DNA of 64,000 bases, taken from positions 1 to 64,000 of IMG/VR virus record IMGVR_UViG_3300021964_000036; one strand, given 5' to 3'. Below are positions 38,791-47,950 of this stretch, piece by piece. The position numbers and the translations under genes were made by a program. A model generated the notes under the pieces. That model saw only the letters and a program-made list of their open reading frames with translations, was not told where the DNA came from and did no database searches. Positions within the stretch are counted from its first letter, which is position 1. Each line of letters starts with the position of its first letter. The stretch is from a virus.

Positions 38791-39333
38791 ATGAGACAAG
38801 ACTTTAGAAAGCTTATAGACAAGGTACTTCAAAGCTTAGATTGGGATACAATTTACGAAATACACAAAACATTCAAATTCGGTATTGGTGAAGGAAGTGA
38901 GGTAATTCCAGGTTTAAAAAGAAAGATATACAGTGAACAACTCACTAAAAATGACGTCAAGAACGAGCTTAAAGCCCTTTTAAGGTTCGTCATAAACAAT
39001 GACATTTCTAAATTTTCTTACGGGCCTTGGATGCTGCTTTGGTTTAATCAGGACTGGGACATTATTTTTGAGGATCCTGAAATGGATGAGATGACAGAGG
39101 CAGAGATGGACGAATTCAAGGTAGACTCTAAATTGGAGGTTTTATTTGCCCCTCAGAGAATATGTTTAAGTGTTGACGCAAGGCCTGAACAGAAAGGGGA
39201 TGAGCTCTCAAATGAGGAAATGATACTAACCAAGATGCTGAAGAAAGCTTTGAAGTCAGAAAATTACGAGCTTGCTGGTAAAATACAGGAGGTGCTGGAT
39301 TCAAATAATTCTGAGTCCACTACAGATAAATAG
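38791..39333 (+). CDS. Hypothetical protein with C-terminal UvrB/UvrC-like motif
   Basis: LKKALKSENYELAGKIQE; GATATATA at 38756. Confidence 0.65.
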   Translation: MRQDFRKLIDKVLQSLDWDTIYEIHKTFKFGIGEGSEVIPGLKRKIYSEQLTKNDVKNELKALLRFVINNDISKFSYGPWMLLWFNQDWDIIFEDPEMDEMTEAEMDEFKVDSKLEVLFAPQRICLSVDARPEQKGDELSNEEMILTKMLKKALKSENYELAGKIQEVLDSNNSESTTDK

Positions 39334-39351
39334 ATAAAATAAATCCTTCTT

Positions 39352-39834
39352 TTGAGGTATATTAAAACCATAAACGAATTTTTTGATACTGGGGTATTTG
39401 GCGATACCTATGGATATGGTGGTGCTAATGGTATCTTCAAGGTCCAATATAAACCATATAAAGACCTTTCTGTGTCAGTGGGACCAGATCCTAATCAAAA
39501 AAGAACGGTAAGAGGTTCCCAGTTTCAGGTTGGTGATATTGTGATCGGGGTTCCAGTAGATTCAAAGGAAAAGGTAGCAGGAATGATAGTTCGTACTGAA
39601 AGAACCCCCGATAACAAGTCATATAAGTATTTTGCACAAGTGCATTCTAAGGGGAAGGATACTGAGGAAGTTTTAGAGCTAATTCCAGATACCGTGGAAT
39701 TTGCAGATAATGGTGATAAAGGTCATAAGCAAATTATATCTCATTTCAAGCTAGATACTATGCCTTCGGGTGTTTATAATTCACCAACAGTTTATAATAA
39801 TACCAAACTTGGTATAGAAGCAATAGGAAGTTAG
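39352..39834 (+). CDS. Putative head-internal protein
   Basis: Leader RYIKTINEF, SH3-like FQVGDIV; GATAAATA at 39325. Confidence 0.6.
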   Translation: MRYIKTINEFFDTGVFGDTYGYGGANGIFKVQYKPYKDLSVSVGPDPNQKRTVRGSQFQVGDIVIGVPVDSKEKVAGMIVRTERTPDNKSYKYFAQVHSKGKDTEEVLELIPDTVEFADNGDKGHKQIISHFKLDTMPSGVYNSPTVYNNTKLGIEAIGS

Positions 39835-39861
39835 AAACTTTCACCTCTTTGCCTGCTAAAA
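39834..39861 (+). promoter_or_regulatory. Middle-type promoter GAAAC-N18-TAAAA
   Basis: Motif match. Confidence 0.55.
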
Positions 39862-39865
39862 CATA

Positions 39866-40747
39866 TTGATGATACTAGGCAGGAATCTTAATCAAATAGG
39901 ATATGTTAATCGAGAATCCTCTTCAACTGCGGAGGGGACTTTTCTTTTTGCACAGGGTGTACTAGATCTCATGAAGGATAATCATGAAAAGGGAATACCC
40001 GTTACCTGCATTGAAATTCCCCAAAATTTTAATAAATTGGATTTTTCTAGTATCGAGGAGGAAAGTAGGGAATCTGATGTTATTTGGTCAACGTTCCAGT
40101 TTATAAAGTCTAATAGACATAGACTATTTTTCTTTCTCCCTAATTACTTCTTCCTTGGAAGTCAAATTGAGGGGGTGGTAGAAGAAAGTAAATCTGTGAT
40201 TACCGAACTCTCTACTTTTTTAGATCAAATTGGTGTAAAAGAAACTTCTATAATTCTTAGGATAGGTAGCGCATACGGAGCTAGGAAAACTACGATGGAA
40301 AGGTTTTGTAAGGAGGTTAAGTCTCTTGGTGATACTGTTGTAGAGAAGCTTTCTGTTTGCAATGACGAGAAACCAAGTCTTTTCTCGGTGACAGATCTTT
40401 TAAGCGGTGTTTTCTATTCTGCTGGCTTGCCAATAGTTTTCAGATTTCTACCTCACCAGTTTAACAGTGGTGGACTTTCCACAAGGGAAGCTTACTTCTT
40501 GGCTGTGTCTACGTGGGTTAAAGGGAAGGTACCTATCTTTATTCATTCTGAATCACGTGAAGTTGACGAAAATGGGGTTTCCCTCTCGCCGGTACCCTCA
40601 GATACATTGTTACATAGAATACCCACTTTTGGGTTAGAAATAGATGTTATCTTAGATATACCAAGTGGTCTTCAGGGATGCTTAGTTTATCTTGCTAATT
40701 ATATTTCTCTCAGACCAATGGTAATCAATAAAGTTGGCAGAAAATAA
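39866..40747 (+). CDS. UV-damage endonuclease (UvsE/UVDE)-like protein, degenerate active site
   Basis: IGSAYG, NDEKPSLFSV.DL, PIVF, HSES pattern; several His/Glu ligands replaced. Confidence 0.6.
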   Translation: MMILGRNLNQIGYVNRESSSTAEGTFLFAQGVLDLMKDNHEKGIPVTCIEIPQNFNKLDFSSIEEESRESDVIWSTFQFIKSNRHRLFFFLPNYFFLGSQIEGVVEESKSVITELSTFLDQIGVKETSIILRIGSAYGARKTTMERFCKEVKSLGDTVVEKLSVCNDEKPSLFSVTDLLSGVFYSAGLPIVFRFLPHQFNSGGLSTREAYFLAVSTWVKGKVPIFIHSESREVDENGVSLSPVPSDTLLHRIPTFGLEIDVILDIPSGLQGCLVYLANYISLRPMVINKVGRK

Positions 40748-40771
40748 TTTTTATTCAACGGCCTCTTTCCT

Positions 40772-40779
40772 TAGTTTTG
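40772..40779 (+). promoter_or_regulatory. TAnnTTTG host-type promoter
   Basis: TAGTTTTG upstream of glycosylase. Confidence 0.55.
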
Positions 40780-40793
40780 TATAAAATCTAATT

Positions 40794-41588
40794 ATGCCAG
40801 AATTAGCGGAATTAAAGCTTACCTCTGACTATGTAAATGGAATATCGGAGGGAAAGGTATTTACACACATAAGTAAAAACCCAGATCACAAGTGGAAGGA
40901 TGTAGATTTCGGTGGGTGTTTTACAATAAGATCGTTCAGCAGAGGAAAGGAGATAAAATTAGTTCTTTCTAGTACTGAATCAAACAGGTCCGATAATTTG
41001 ATGATGACAATGGGTATGGGTGGTAACTTCCAGTGGGCTTCCAAGGGAGAAAGTATAAAGCACACACACTTATTTTTTCATTGCTTAGATGGTGGTCATT
41101 TAGCTTTTGTAGATATTAGAAGGTTTGGCAAATGGAAATGGGGAGACTGGAATAAGGATAGAGGTCCAGACCCAACAACCGAATACTTTCTATTCTGTAA
41201 TAATATTCTACAGAATCTGCACAAGCGTGCTTTTGATCGTCCCATTTATGAGGTTTTAATGAACCAGCGATATTTTAATGGAATTGGAAATTATCTAAGG
41301 GCTGAGATTTTATTTAGGATACCTGACGAGAATCCTTTTGTTTCTGCACGAGATTACATTGAAAAAAACAAATGGAGGCTTTTTGAACTTTGCAGGAATA
41401 TTCCTATAAAGGTTTATGAAATTGGTGGTGGTACTATAAAGGATTGGAAAAACCCATTTGGGGAAGTATCCTCCGTTTCTGATCTTATGTTGTGTTACGG
41501 AAATCCTTACATGCTAAAGATTGAGGACAGAGGGGGGAGAATGTTCTGGTATGACCCAAAATGGAAAAAAATAGAATATGATAGATAA
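40794..41588 (+). CDS. nei: Fpg/Nei DNA glycosylase, NEIL1-like (no zinc finger)
   Basis: MPE start, RGKE, FVDIRRFG, H2TH NQRYFNGIGNYLRAEIL, zincless-finger DRGGRMFW. Confidence 0.9.
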   Translation: MPELAELKLTSDYVNGISEGKVFTHISKNPDHKWKDVDFGGCFTIRSFSRGKEIKLVLSSTESNRSDNLMMTMGMGGNFQWASKGESIKHTHLFFHCLDGGHLAFVDIRRFGKWKWGDWNKDRGPDPTTEYFLFCNNILQNLHKRAFDRPIYEVLMNQRYFNGIGNYLRAEILFRIPDENPFVSARDYIEKNKWRLFELCRNIPIKVYEIGGGTIKDWKNPFGEVSSVSDLMLCYGNPYMLKIEDRGGRMFWYDPKWKKIEYDR

Positions 41589-42285
41589 AAGAATTTTAGA
41601 GAATTGTCTCTTTTTAGATGTTGAGACTGCAACTGGCTGCCCTGATTTTGAAACCTTGTCCGAGGTGGATCCAAGATTAGCGGAACTTTGGAAAAAGAGG
41701 GCAAAATATTACAGAACTGCATACGAGGATATGAACGGTCTTGCTACTTCTGAAATTTATAAAGAAAAGGCAACCCTGGAGCCGGAATTTTCAAAGGTCG
41801 TTTGTGTGTCCTTTGGTGTTCAGCAGGAGAATGGACAGGTTCGTATGACTTCCTTTTATGGTGAGGACGAGGAAGATATTCTAAATAAGACTGTCAAGGT
41901 CTTTAATAATGCTCTTGTTAAGAACATGAAGCTTGCTGGACATAACATAAAGGGGTTTGATATTCCCTGTCTCGGTAAGAGAATGATTTACAAACTGAGT
42001 TCACCAGTTCTCCCACAAAATCTAGTTATTTGGGACAAAAAGCCATGGGAGATTCCTTATTTGGATACATCGGAGGTTTTCTCATTTGGTAGTTGGTCGC
42101 ATCAAAAGTACCTTTCACTAGATCTTCTTGCTTGCTCTTTAGGAGTTGACTCTCCTAAGGGTGATATGGACGGATCTAAAGTTAGTGAAGCCTATTGGAA
42201 TGATAGGGATTTTGAAAAGATTAAAGAATATTGTGAAAGGGATGTTCAAACTGTAATAGACGTCCTAAACAAAGTAGCAACATAG
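41578..42285 (+). CDS. DnaQ-like 3'-5' exonuclease (PolB-exo-related)
   Basis: FLDVET, GHNIKGFD, YCERD. Confidence 0.85.
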   Translation: MIDKRILENCLFLDVETATGCPDFETLSEVDPRLAELWKKRAKYYRTAYEDMNGLATSEIYKEKATLEPEFSKVVCVSFGVQQENGQVRMTSFYGEDEEDILNKTVKVFNNALVKNMKLAGHNIKGFDIPCLGKRMIYKLSSPVLPQNLVIWDKKPWEIPYLDTSEVFSFGSWSHQKYLSLDLLACSLGVDSPKGDMDGSKVSEAYWNDRDFEKIKEYCERDVQTVIDVLNKVAT

Positions 42286-42350
42286 AATTTCCTTTTTCTA
42301 TTTCCTTCTGGGATTGTTTGGATATATAAAGTCCAAATAATCCCTTTTTT

Positions 42351-43142
42351 GTGGGCGCAGTTTTAGATTTTAGTAGATTTGTTTTAAACGAGGATAAGAT
42401 TGGTTCTTTCTATAACGATGAACTAAATCCAAAGTTCTGGGACAAATACAAAAACAAGAATGGTGAAACCCAATGGGTCTTTGATAGGCTAGTAAGAAAA
42501 AAGTTGCTTAAGATAGCCGAAGACTTTTACGAAAAATATAGCGATCTATTAGGAGATCTTCCGATTGAGGATATACAACTCACTGGATCATTAGCTAATT
42601 TTAACTATACTGATAAGTCGGATCTTGACGTTCATGTGCTCGTTGACTTCAATAAGGTAAAGTCAAAACCAGAAATGGTAAAAGCAGCAGTTGATGGAAT
42701 TAGGTTTGTTTGGAATCTAAGACATGACGTTGTTATCAGAAATCATGATGTTGAGCTTTATCTCCAGAACATACACGAGCCACATACAGCTTCTGGTCTT
42801 TATTCTCTACTTAATGATAAGTGGATAAGAAAACCAAAGTTTGATCCGCCAGAGGTAGACGAACAAGATGTAAGAAAGAAGTTTGATGGATTAGCATCTG
42901 AAATTAACCAAATGGAATCCAAACTTGTTACTTCTTCATCCCTTCCCAAGGATGCAAAGGAGATGTATAAAAGGCTTATTCGGTTAAAAGAAAAGATACA
43001 GAAAATGAGAAAAGACGGACTTTCCAAGGACGGAGAATTCTCGATAGGTAACCTCGCCTTCAAAATGCTGAGAAATGAGGGATATATAAGTAAGCTCATA
43101 GATTTAATTTCAAAAGCTTACGCTAGAATTTACTCGGAGTAA
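42351..43142 (+). CDS. Pol-beta superfamily nucleotidyltransferase
   Basis: LTGSLANFNY...SDLDVHV, third acid in DVELY; GATATATA at 42321. Confidence 0.8.
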   Translation: MGAVLDFSRFVLNEDKIGSFYNDELNPKFWDKYKNKNGETQWVFDRLVRKKLLKIAEDFYEKYSDLLGDLPIEDIQLTGSLANFNYTDKSDLDVHVLVDFNKVKSKPEMVKAAVDGIRFVWNLRHDVVIRNHDVELYLQNIHEPHTASGLYSLLNDKWIRKPKFDPPEVDEQDVRKKFDGLASEINQMESKLVTSSSLPKDAKEMYKRLIRLKEKIQKMRKDGLSKDGEFSIGNLAFKMLRNEGYISKLIDLISKAYARIYSE

Positions 43143-43159
43143 AAACTTTAATTGAAAAT

Positions 43160-45853
43160 ATGTTACTAGTATTTAGAAAAGGACTGGACTATAAAGGAAG
43201 CATGAACGGCCTTCCTGAAAACCAGGACGAGAACATTTTTCCCATAATGTCAATTCCACTTGATTTAGAGGGTGAAGAAACTGATCTTAATGATTTCCAA
43301 TGGTGGGCTTATACTGACAAGTGGAAGAAATGGTTGGATGCAAATCCAAGAGAATGGAAAGCTGAATCCCACGATGTTAGGTTTGATAAAGCTGAGCAAA
43401 TTTTAGAGGCCATAGTAACTTCTAAAAATCCAGTTACTGAATATGTTTCTCATCAAGCTAAATCCTTATGGAACGAGGGTCAAGTTTCTTCGTTTGCGGA
43501 TTATGTAAAAATATTGGAAGCAGAAGATTCTTCTGGGTCAAGAGAAGCAACAAAAAAGTTTATAAAACTAGGATATGCTATCGAAAAGCTTGCAAAAGAA
43601 GGCAAGCTTAAGGACATCTTAAATATGGATGATCTGGAGGAAGGTAAACAATATGCTGTAGTTGTTGACCCGATGACCGAGGAGGGAGATCCAGTTCAAG
43701 AGGCAAGGCAAGCTTTAAGACTAAAGAAAATTAGCGAGTCAACTGGTATCGTTGTAGCTGAGGTTGACTATAGCATTCCGTTAGGCGATGTGGAAGATAC
43801 TAAGGATTTTATGGACAAGGTCGCAGAATTTGCTAAAGATGTAGCAATAGGCGGTGCAAGCCTTGCTGCTCTGTATGGTGTAGCTCAAGTGGCTGGAAGT
43901 CTTTACTTAGGATGGAGACTTTTAAAAGGAGCACGCGGTATTTATAGAAATTTTGGTAGAGCTAGGAGAATCCACGGAGCTATTTCAAGTGTAAGAGGTA
44001 CAGCAGCACCTGCTTGGAACTCTGTCAGACAGTTTGCTACAAGAGCTTTTACTAGGAGAGCAGGGGCACAAGCAGTTGCAAATGCTGCTAGAATTACTTT
44101 GCCTTCTGGTGCATTTGTTGAGGGTGGATTAGCTTATTCTACAAGGGCAACTGGAAATGTATTATTAAAAGGTGCAGCAGCACAATCTACTAAAGCAGCA
44201 GCACAAAGACTAGTAGCTCAAGGTGGGGCAAGAGCGGCAACAGCAGTAGCCGGTAGAGCTGCTACAGCAGCTGGTGCAAGTTCACTCGTTGCTGCTGAAG
44301 CTTCTAATCCGGTTGGTTGGATTATAGCAGCAGCATCTGTAATAGGTTCTGGAATTAATCAACTATGGAATTGGTATAGTGATAAACAAGCACCTAGGTA
44401 CGGTGAAGTTGAGGACTTTGCGTATGGTAGTTTTAATCCTAAAAATATACCGGTTGGAAAATCGATCACTGTTTGTTGGACAAGCGACGGTGGAGGTGGC
44501 GGATGGGGATTCGTTATGGATCTGTTGACTTTTTCTAAGGATGATACTAGGACAACTATGGAATTAGTCAAGCTTGGTGAGTTTAATGATAGATCGGTCT
44601 TTGTGATGCTTCAGGTAAACTCTGAAATGTTTGAAAAGACAATGAAGGATAATGACCTTATACTTCTTTCCTTTGCCAACAACGATTCTTTTGAAAGAGG
44701 AACATTTGATAACGATGATTTGGAATTCCAAACTATTATTATACCAGATGTGTCTGAACTTACAATTGCTACATCATTTGTGGGTTATTCAACATGGGAT
44801 GAAATGAAAGAGGCATATAAAGCAAGTCCAGACAGTCCTATTTACGTACCAAGCGGAGCAAGAAAGGACTACCAATTCCACTACACCGATGCGGACGGAA
44901 ACGACGTAAATGTAACAGGAACACTCGTAAATGAAAATGAAATAAGCGATACAGTCTTACAGGATTTAGTTCCAGGTGCAGCTGGTGCTGTTGATGAATC
45001 TGCTACTTCTGGTCTAGATTACTCACACTTAGTAAACGAAAGTAAGGTCCTATCATTCAAGGACTTCTCAATTAGAACTAATCCTATAATGGAAGAAGAC
45101 GCTGCCAATGCGGAGGATGCTGAAAATACAGAAAATGCAGAGGGTGCTGAATCTGCAGAAGAGAATACTTATGAGGACGATTTACTAACCTCTGTTTCTG
45201 CTGCATCTGCTTTGGAGGCAGAGTACAGTCAAATCCCAGTGTTAGCATATAGGGTTAATACAATAAGTTTTGTTGACCCAACTGTTAATGAGAACGTTGA
45301 TCAATTCAACTACTTTATAATTGGTGAGCAAAGTATGGATCCTAAGATAAATCAGCCAATCTTAGTTGAATCCGCTTCCGAAGCTGGTATTGAAGATCCA
45401 AGATTTGGTTTAAAAACTTATGTCCCACCTGCACCCGAAGAGGATGATAAGGATGAAGAAGCCCCAGAGGTTGAAGACACTGAAGTAATCGACATTGAAG
45501 GGGTGGATGAGCCATCTTCAAAATCTGTACAAACTGCTAGGGGTGATGTCCAGATCAAAAGTAAAACAGGTTCTTTAACAATTAAAGATAGAGATATGGA
45601 AGGTGGCATAAACATCTTTGATGAATTTGCTACAAGTGATCTTAAGAAAGACCTAAACATAGGAGATTGGAAAAACATCACTAGTGTGAGAGTCAGATAC
45701 GATAAAGACGAGGAACCAATTAAGGTAGTGCTTAAAAATAGGTTCGCTAAAGCTGGTGATAAAAGAAGGGTAATCAGAAAAGGAGAGCAAGGATTTGATT
45801 CAGCTCTAAGTTTTGCTGAAACCGTAGAAGGGGGTATATCTTTCTCCGGATAA
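43160..45853 (+). CDS. Large putative virion/ejection protein with hydrophobic Ala/Gly-rich segment
   Basis: GGASLAALYGVAQVAG, SNPVGWIIAAASVIG, VNE sites; GATATATA at 43081. Confidence 0.65.
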   Translation: MLLVFRKGLDYKGSMNGLPENQDENIFPIMSIPLDLEGEETDLNDFQWWAYTDKWKKWLDANPREWKAESHDVRFDKAEQILEAIVTSKNPVTEYVSHQAKSLWNEGQVSSFADYVKILEAEDSSGSREATKKFIKLGYAIEKLAKEGKLKDILNMDDLEEGKQYAVVVDPMTEEGDPVQEARQALRLKKISESTGIVVAEVDYSIPLGDVEDTKDFMDKVAEFAKDVAIGGASLAALYGVAQVAGSLYLGWRLLKGARGIYRNFGRARRIHGAISSVRGTAAPAWNSVRQFATRAFTRRAGAQAVANAARITLPSGAFVEGGLAYSTRATGNVLLKGAAAQSTKAAAQRLVAQGGARAATAVAGRAATAAGASSLVAAEASNPVGWIIAAASVIGSGINQLWNWYSDKQAPRYGEVEDFAYGSFNPKNIPVGKSITVCWTSDGGGGGWGFVMDLLTFSKDDTRTTMELVKLGEFNDRSVFVMLQVNSEMFEKTMKDNDLILLSFANNDSFERGTFDNDDLEFQTIIIPDVSELTIATSFVGYSTWDEMKEAYKASPDSPIYVPSGARKDYQFHYTDADGNDVNVTGTLVNENEISDTVLQDLVPGAAGAVDESATSGLDYSHLVNESKVLSFKDFSIRTNPIMEEDAANAEDAENTENAEGAESAEENTYEDDLLTSVSAASALEAEYSQIPVLAYRVNTISFVDPTVNENVDQFNYFIIGEQSMDPKINQPILVESASEAGIEDPRFGLKTYVPPAPEEDDKDEEAPEVEDTEVIDIEGVDEPSSKSVQTARGDVQIKSKTGSLTIKDRDMEGGINIFDEFATSDLKKDLNIGDWKNITSVRVRYDKDEEPIKVVLKNRFAKAGDKRRVIRKGEQGFDSALSFAETVEGGISFSG

Positions 45854-45884
45854 AAAAACGTCAAATTTTCTGAAAAAGAAAATC

Positions 45885-45892
45885 GATATATA
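45885..45892 (+). promoter_or_regulatory. Putative late promoter GATATATA
   Basis: Upstream of protease-capsid operon. Confidence 0.7.
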
Positions 45893-45918
45893 AAGTTAAA
45901 TAATAGTAAAGTCAAGAA

Positions 45919-47925
45919 ATGAACGAGTCTTTATTGAATGAAAATCTCCTCTTTATCCTTGAAAAGCAAGATAATAGTCTTTCTGTCAACGATAAAAACG
46001 AAGATGGCTATGTACTCAAAGGTATAGCAGCACAATTTGGAAAGGAGAATAATAATAACAGAATCTATGAGGAAGGTGAATACCTACCCCATTTGGAGTA
46101 CCTAAAAGATAAGATAGGTCAGAAAAGATTGGTTGGTGAATTAGACCATCCTGAAAAATTCGATGTTTCTCTTAAGAACATTTCTCACGTTGTTGAAGAC
46201 CTTGTTTATGATAAAGACGGAAGAGTATTAAATATTAAGGTTCGTTTGCTTGACACACCAGCTGGACAAATTGCTAAGAAGCTAGTTGATGCTGGTATCC
46301 CTCTTTCTATTTCATCTAGAGCAGCTGGAAATGTTGGTCCTGATAAGAAGGTCCAAATCAAAAAAATCTTTACATACGATCTAGTAGCAGATCCTGGTTT
46401 TCAGGATGCTCAACTTGAAAGAGTTTACGAGAGTGCTGGTTTTGATGCTTTTGAATTTCAAGAAAGGTCAAAGAAGTCAATCGTAAACAACTTAGAGTGT
46501 GTAAACGAATCGCTAGGTTTAGAAAATGAATCTGGAGTGAAGATATATAAAGTTGAAAATAGCGAAGAATTCGAAAAAATCCTTAATCAAGACAAAAATA
46601 AATCCAACATTATGGAGGCCAACAAAGAATATGTTACTGCTGACGAGCTTAATAAGTATTCTATCTTTTTGAAAAATAAGATGGATGAGCTTGAAACGCA
46701 GATTTCTGAAATGAAACAACAAGAAACTCAAGTTTCTGAAAGTGAAAACGACAGTGTAGACTGTAAAGCGCTCGAGGAAAGGGTTGCTAAATTAGAGAAG
46801 TACTCCGAGTATCTTGCTGAAAATCTAGAAAGCGCTATCAAGTACGGCGAGTATTTGGCAGAAAATCTAGATAGCAGCATTACTTATTCTAAGTATCTTG
46901 CTGAGAATTTAGACAAGACTATCTCTTATTCAAAGTATTTGGCCGAAAATGTTGATAAGGGTATTTCTTATACCGAATATGTAGCTGAGAATGTTGATAA
47001 GTCTATTGATTATTCTAAGTATTTAGCAGAAAAACTAGACGATGGTATTCAATACACAGAATACGTGGCTGAAAATCTTGATAAGAATATAGCTTACTCT
47101 GAGTATCTAGCAGAAAATGTTGATAAGAACATTGCTTATTCTGAGTATTTGGCAGAGAATCTTGATAAGGGTATTTCTTACTCTGAATATCTTGCAGAGA
47201 ACTTGGATAAAGGAATCGCTTATTCTGAGTACATCGCAGAAAAATTAGATCAAGGCATTAATTACACAGAGTATCTTGCTGAAAATCTAAACAAAGGTAT
47301 CGCTTATTCCGATTACCTAGCTGAAAAGCTCAATGGCAATATTGCTAACACTGAAGCTCTTCACGAAAGCGCAAAGACAGAAAAAACTCCAACACTAAAC
47401 GAAAGTGCTAGAGAAAATGCTGAAAGCGCATCTAAAACTGAATTGGTTGAATCAGGATTTGCTGGAGATTATGAAAATCTCGGAAGCAAAATTGATTCTC
47501 TAATTGAATCAGTCAAAACACAAAAGACTGAGGAAAATATAAACGAGGCACAAACGAAAGTTATGCCGACTGCTCAAACACAAAAAGCAGATGAGGCAAT
47601 CAACGAAGCCAAAGAAGAAAAATTGGTAGAGTCATCAGGTCACAAGTTTATTGATGAAATGCCAGAAGATTACGCTCCGTTATGGGAGTCACTAAATGAA
47701 AGCCAAAAGCAATCAGTGATTGCACAATCAGCTTTCTATAACTTAGAGACTACATATCAGATCAAGAATTTCTGGTCAACACGTCAGCTTGGTGCTAAAC
47801 CAGTGGGACTTCAGAAACTTCAAGAGAGCCAAGAAACACCAGAGCCTAAGACGGCTACAGCCCCTCAGGGGTATTCAAATGATTACCTTAATTGGGTCGC
47901 TAAGTCGCTCGAAGGTAAGTTTTAA
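45919..47925 (+). CDS. Prohead protease (gp21-like) fused to scaffold-like repeat region
   Basis: NNRIY, GELDHP, DTPAG, ISSRAAG, TYDLVADPG; coiled-coil C-terminal part. Confidence 0.9.
   Translation: MNESLLNENLLFILEKQDNSLSVNDKNEDGYVLKGIAAQFGKENNNNRIYEEGEYLPHLEYLKDKIGQKRLVGELDHPEKFDVSLKNISHVVEDLVYDKDGRVLNIKVRLLDTPAGQIAKKLVDAGIPLSISSRAAGNVGPDKKVQIKKIFTYDLVADPGFQDAQLERVYESAGFDAFEFQERSKKSIVNNLECVNESLGLENESGVKIYKVENSEEFEKILNQDKNKSNIMEANKEYVTADELNKYSIFLKNKMDELETQISEMKQQETQVSESENDSVDCKALEERVAKLEKYSEYLAENLESAIKYGEYLAENLDSSITYSKYLAENLDKTISYSKYLAENVDKGISYTEYVAENVDKSIDYSKYLAEKLDDGIQYTEYVAENLDKNIAYSEYLAENVDKNIAYSEYLAENLDKGISYSEYLAENLDKGIAYSEYIAEKLDQGINYTEYLAENLNKGIAYSDYLAEKLNGNIANTEALHESAKTEKTPTLNESARENAESASKTELVESGFAGDYENLGSKIDSLIESVKTQKTEENINEAQTKVMPTAQTQKADEAINEAKEEKLVESSGHKFIDEMPEDYAPLWESLNESQKQSVIAQSAFYNLETTYQIKNFWSTRQLGAKPVGLQKLQESQETPEPKTATAPQGYSNDYLNWVAKSLEGKF
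46801..47337 (+). repeat. 13 tandem 42-nt (14-aa) coding repeats, consensus YSEYLAENLDKGI(S/A)
   Basis: Counted from the translation; last copy partial. Confidence 0.92.
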
Positions 47926-47950
47926 AAAACCTAAAAAAAATTAGTAAAAA

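Noticed and set aside
46801-47337. 42-nt periodic repeats as a CRISPR array
   Set aside because: In-frame coding repeats with synonymous variation, no unique spacers and no cas genes
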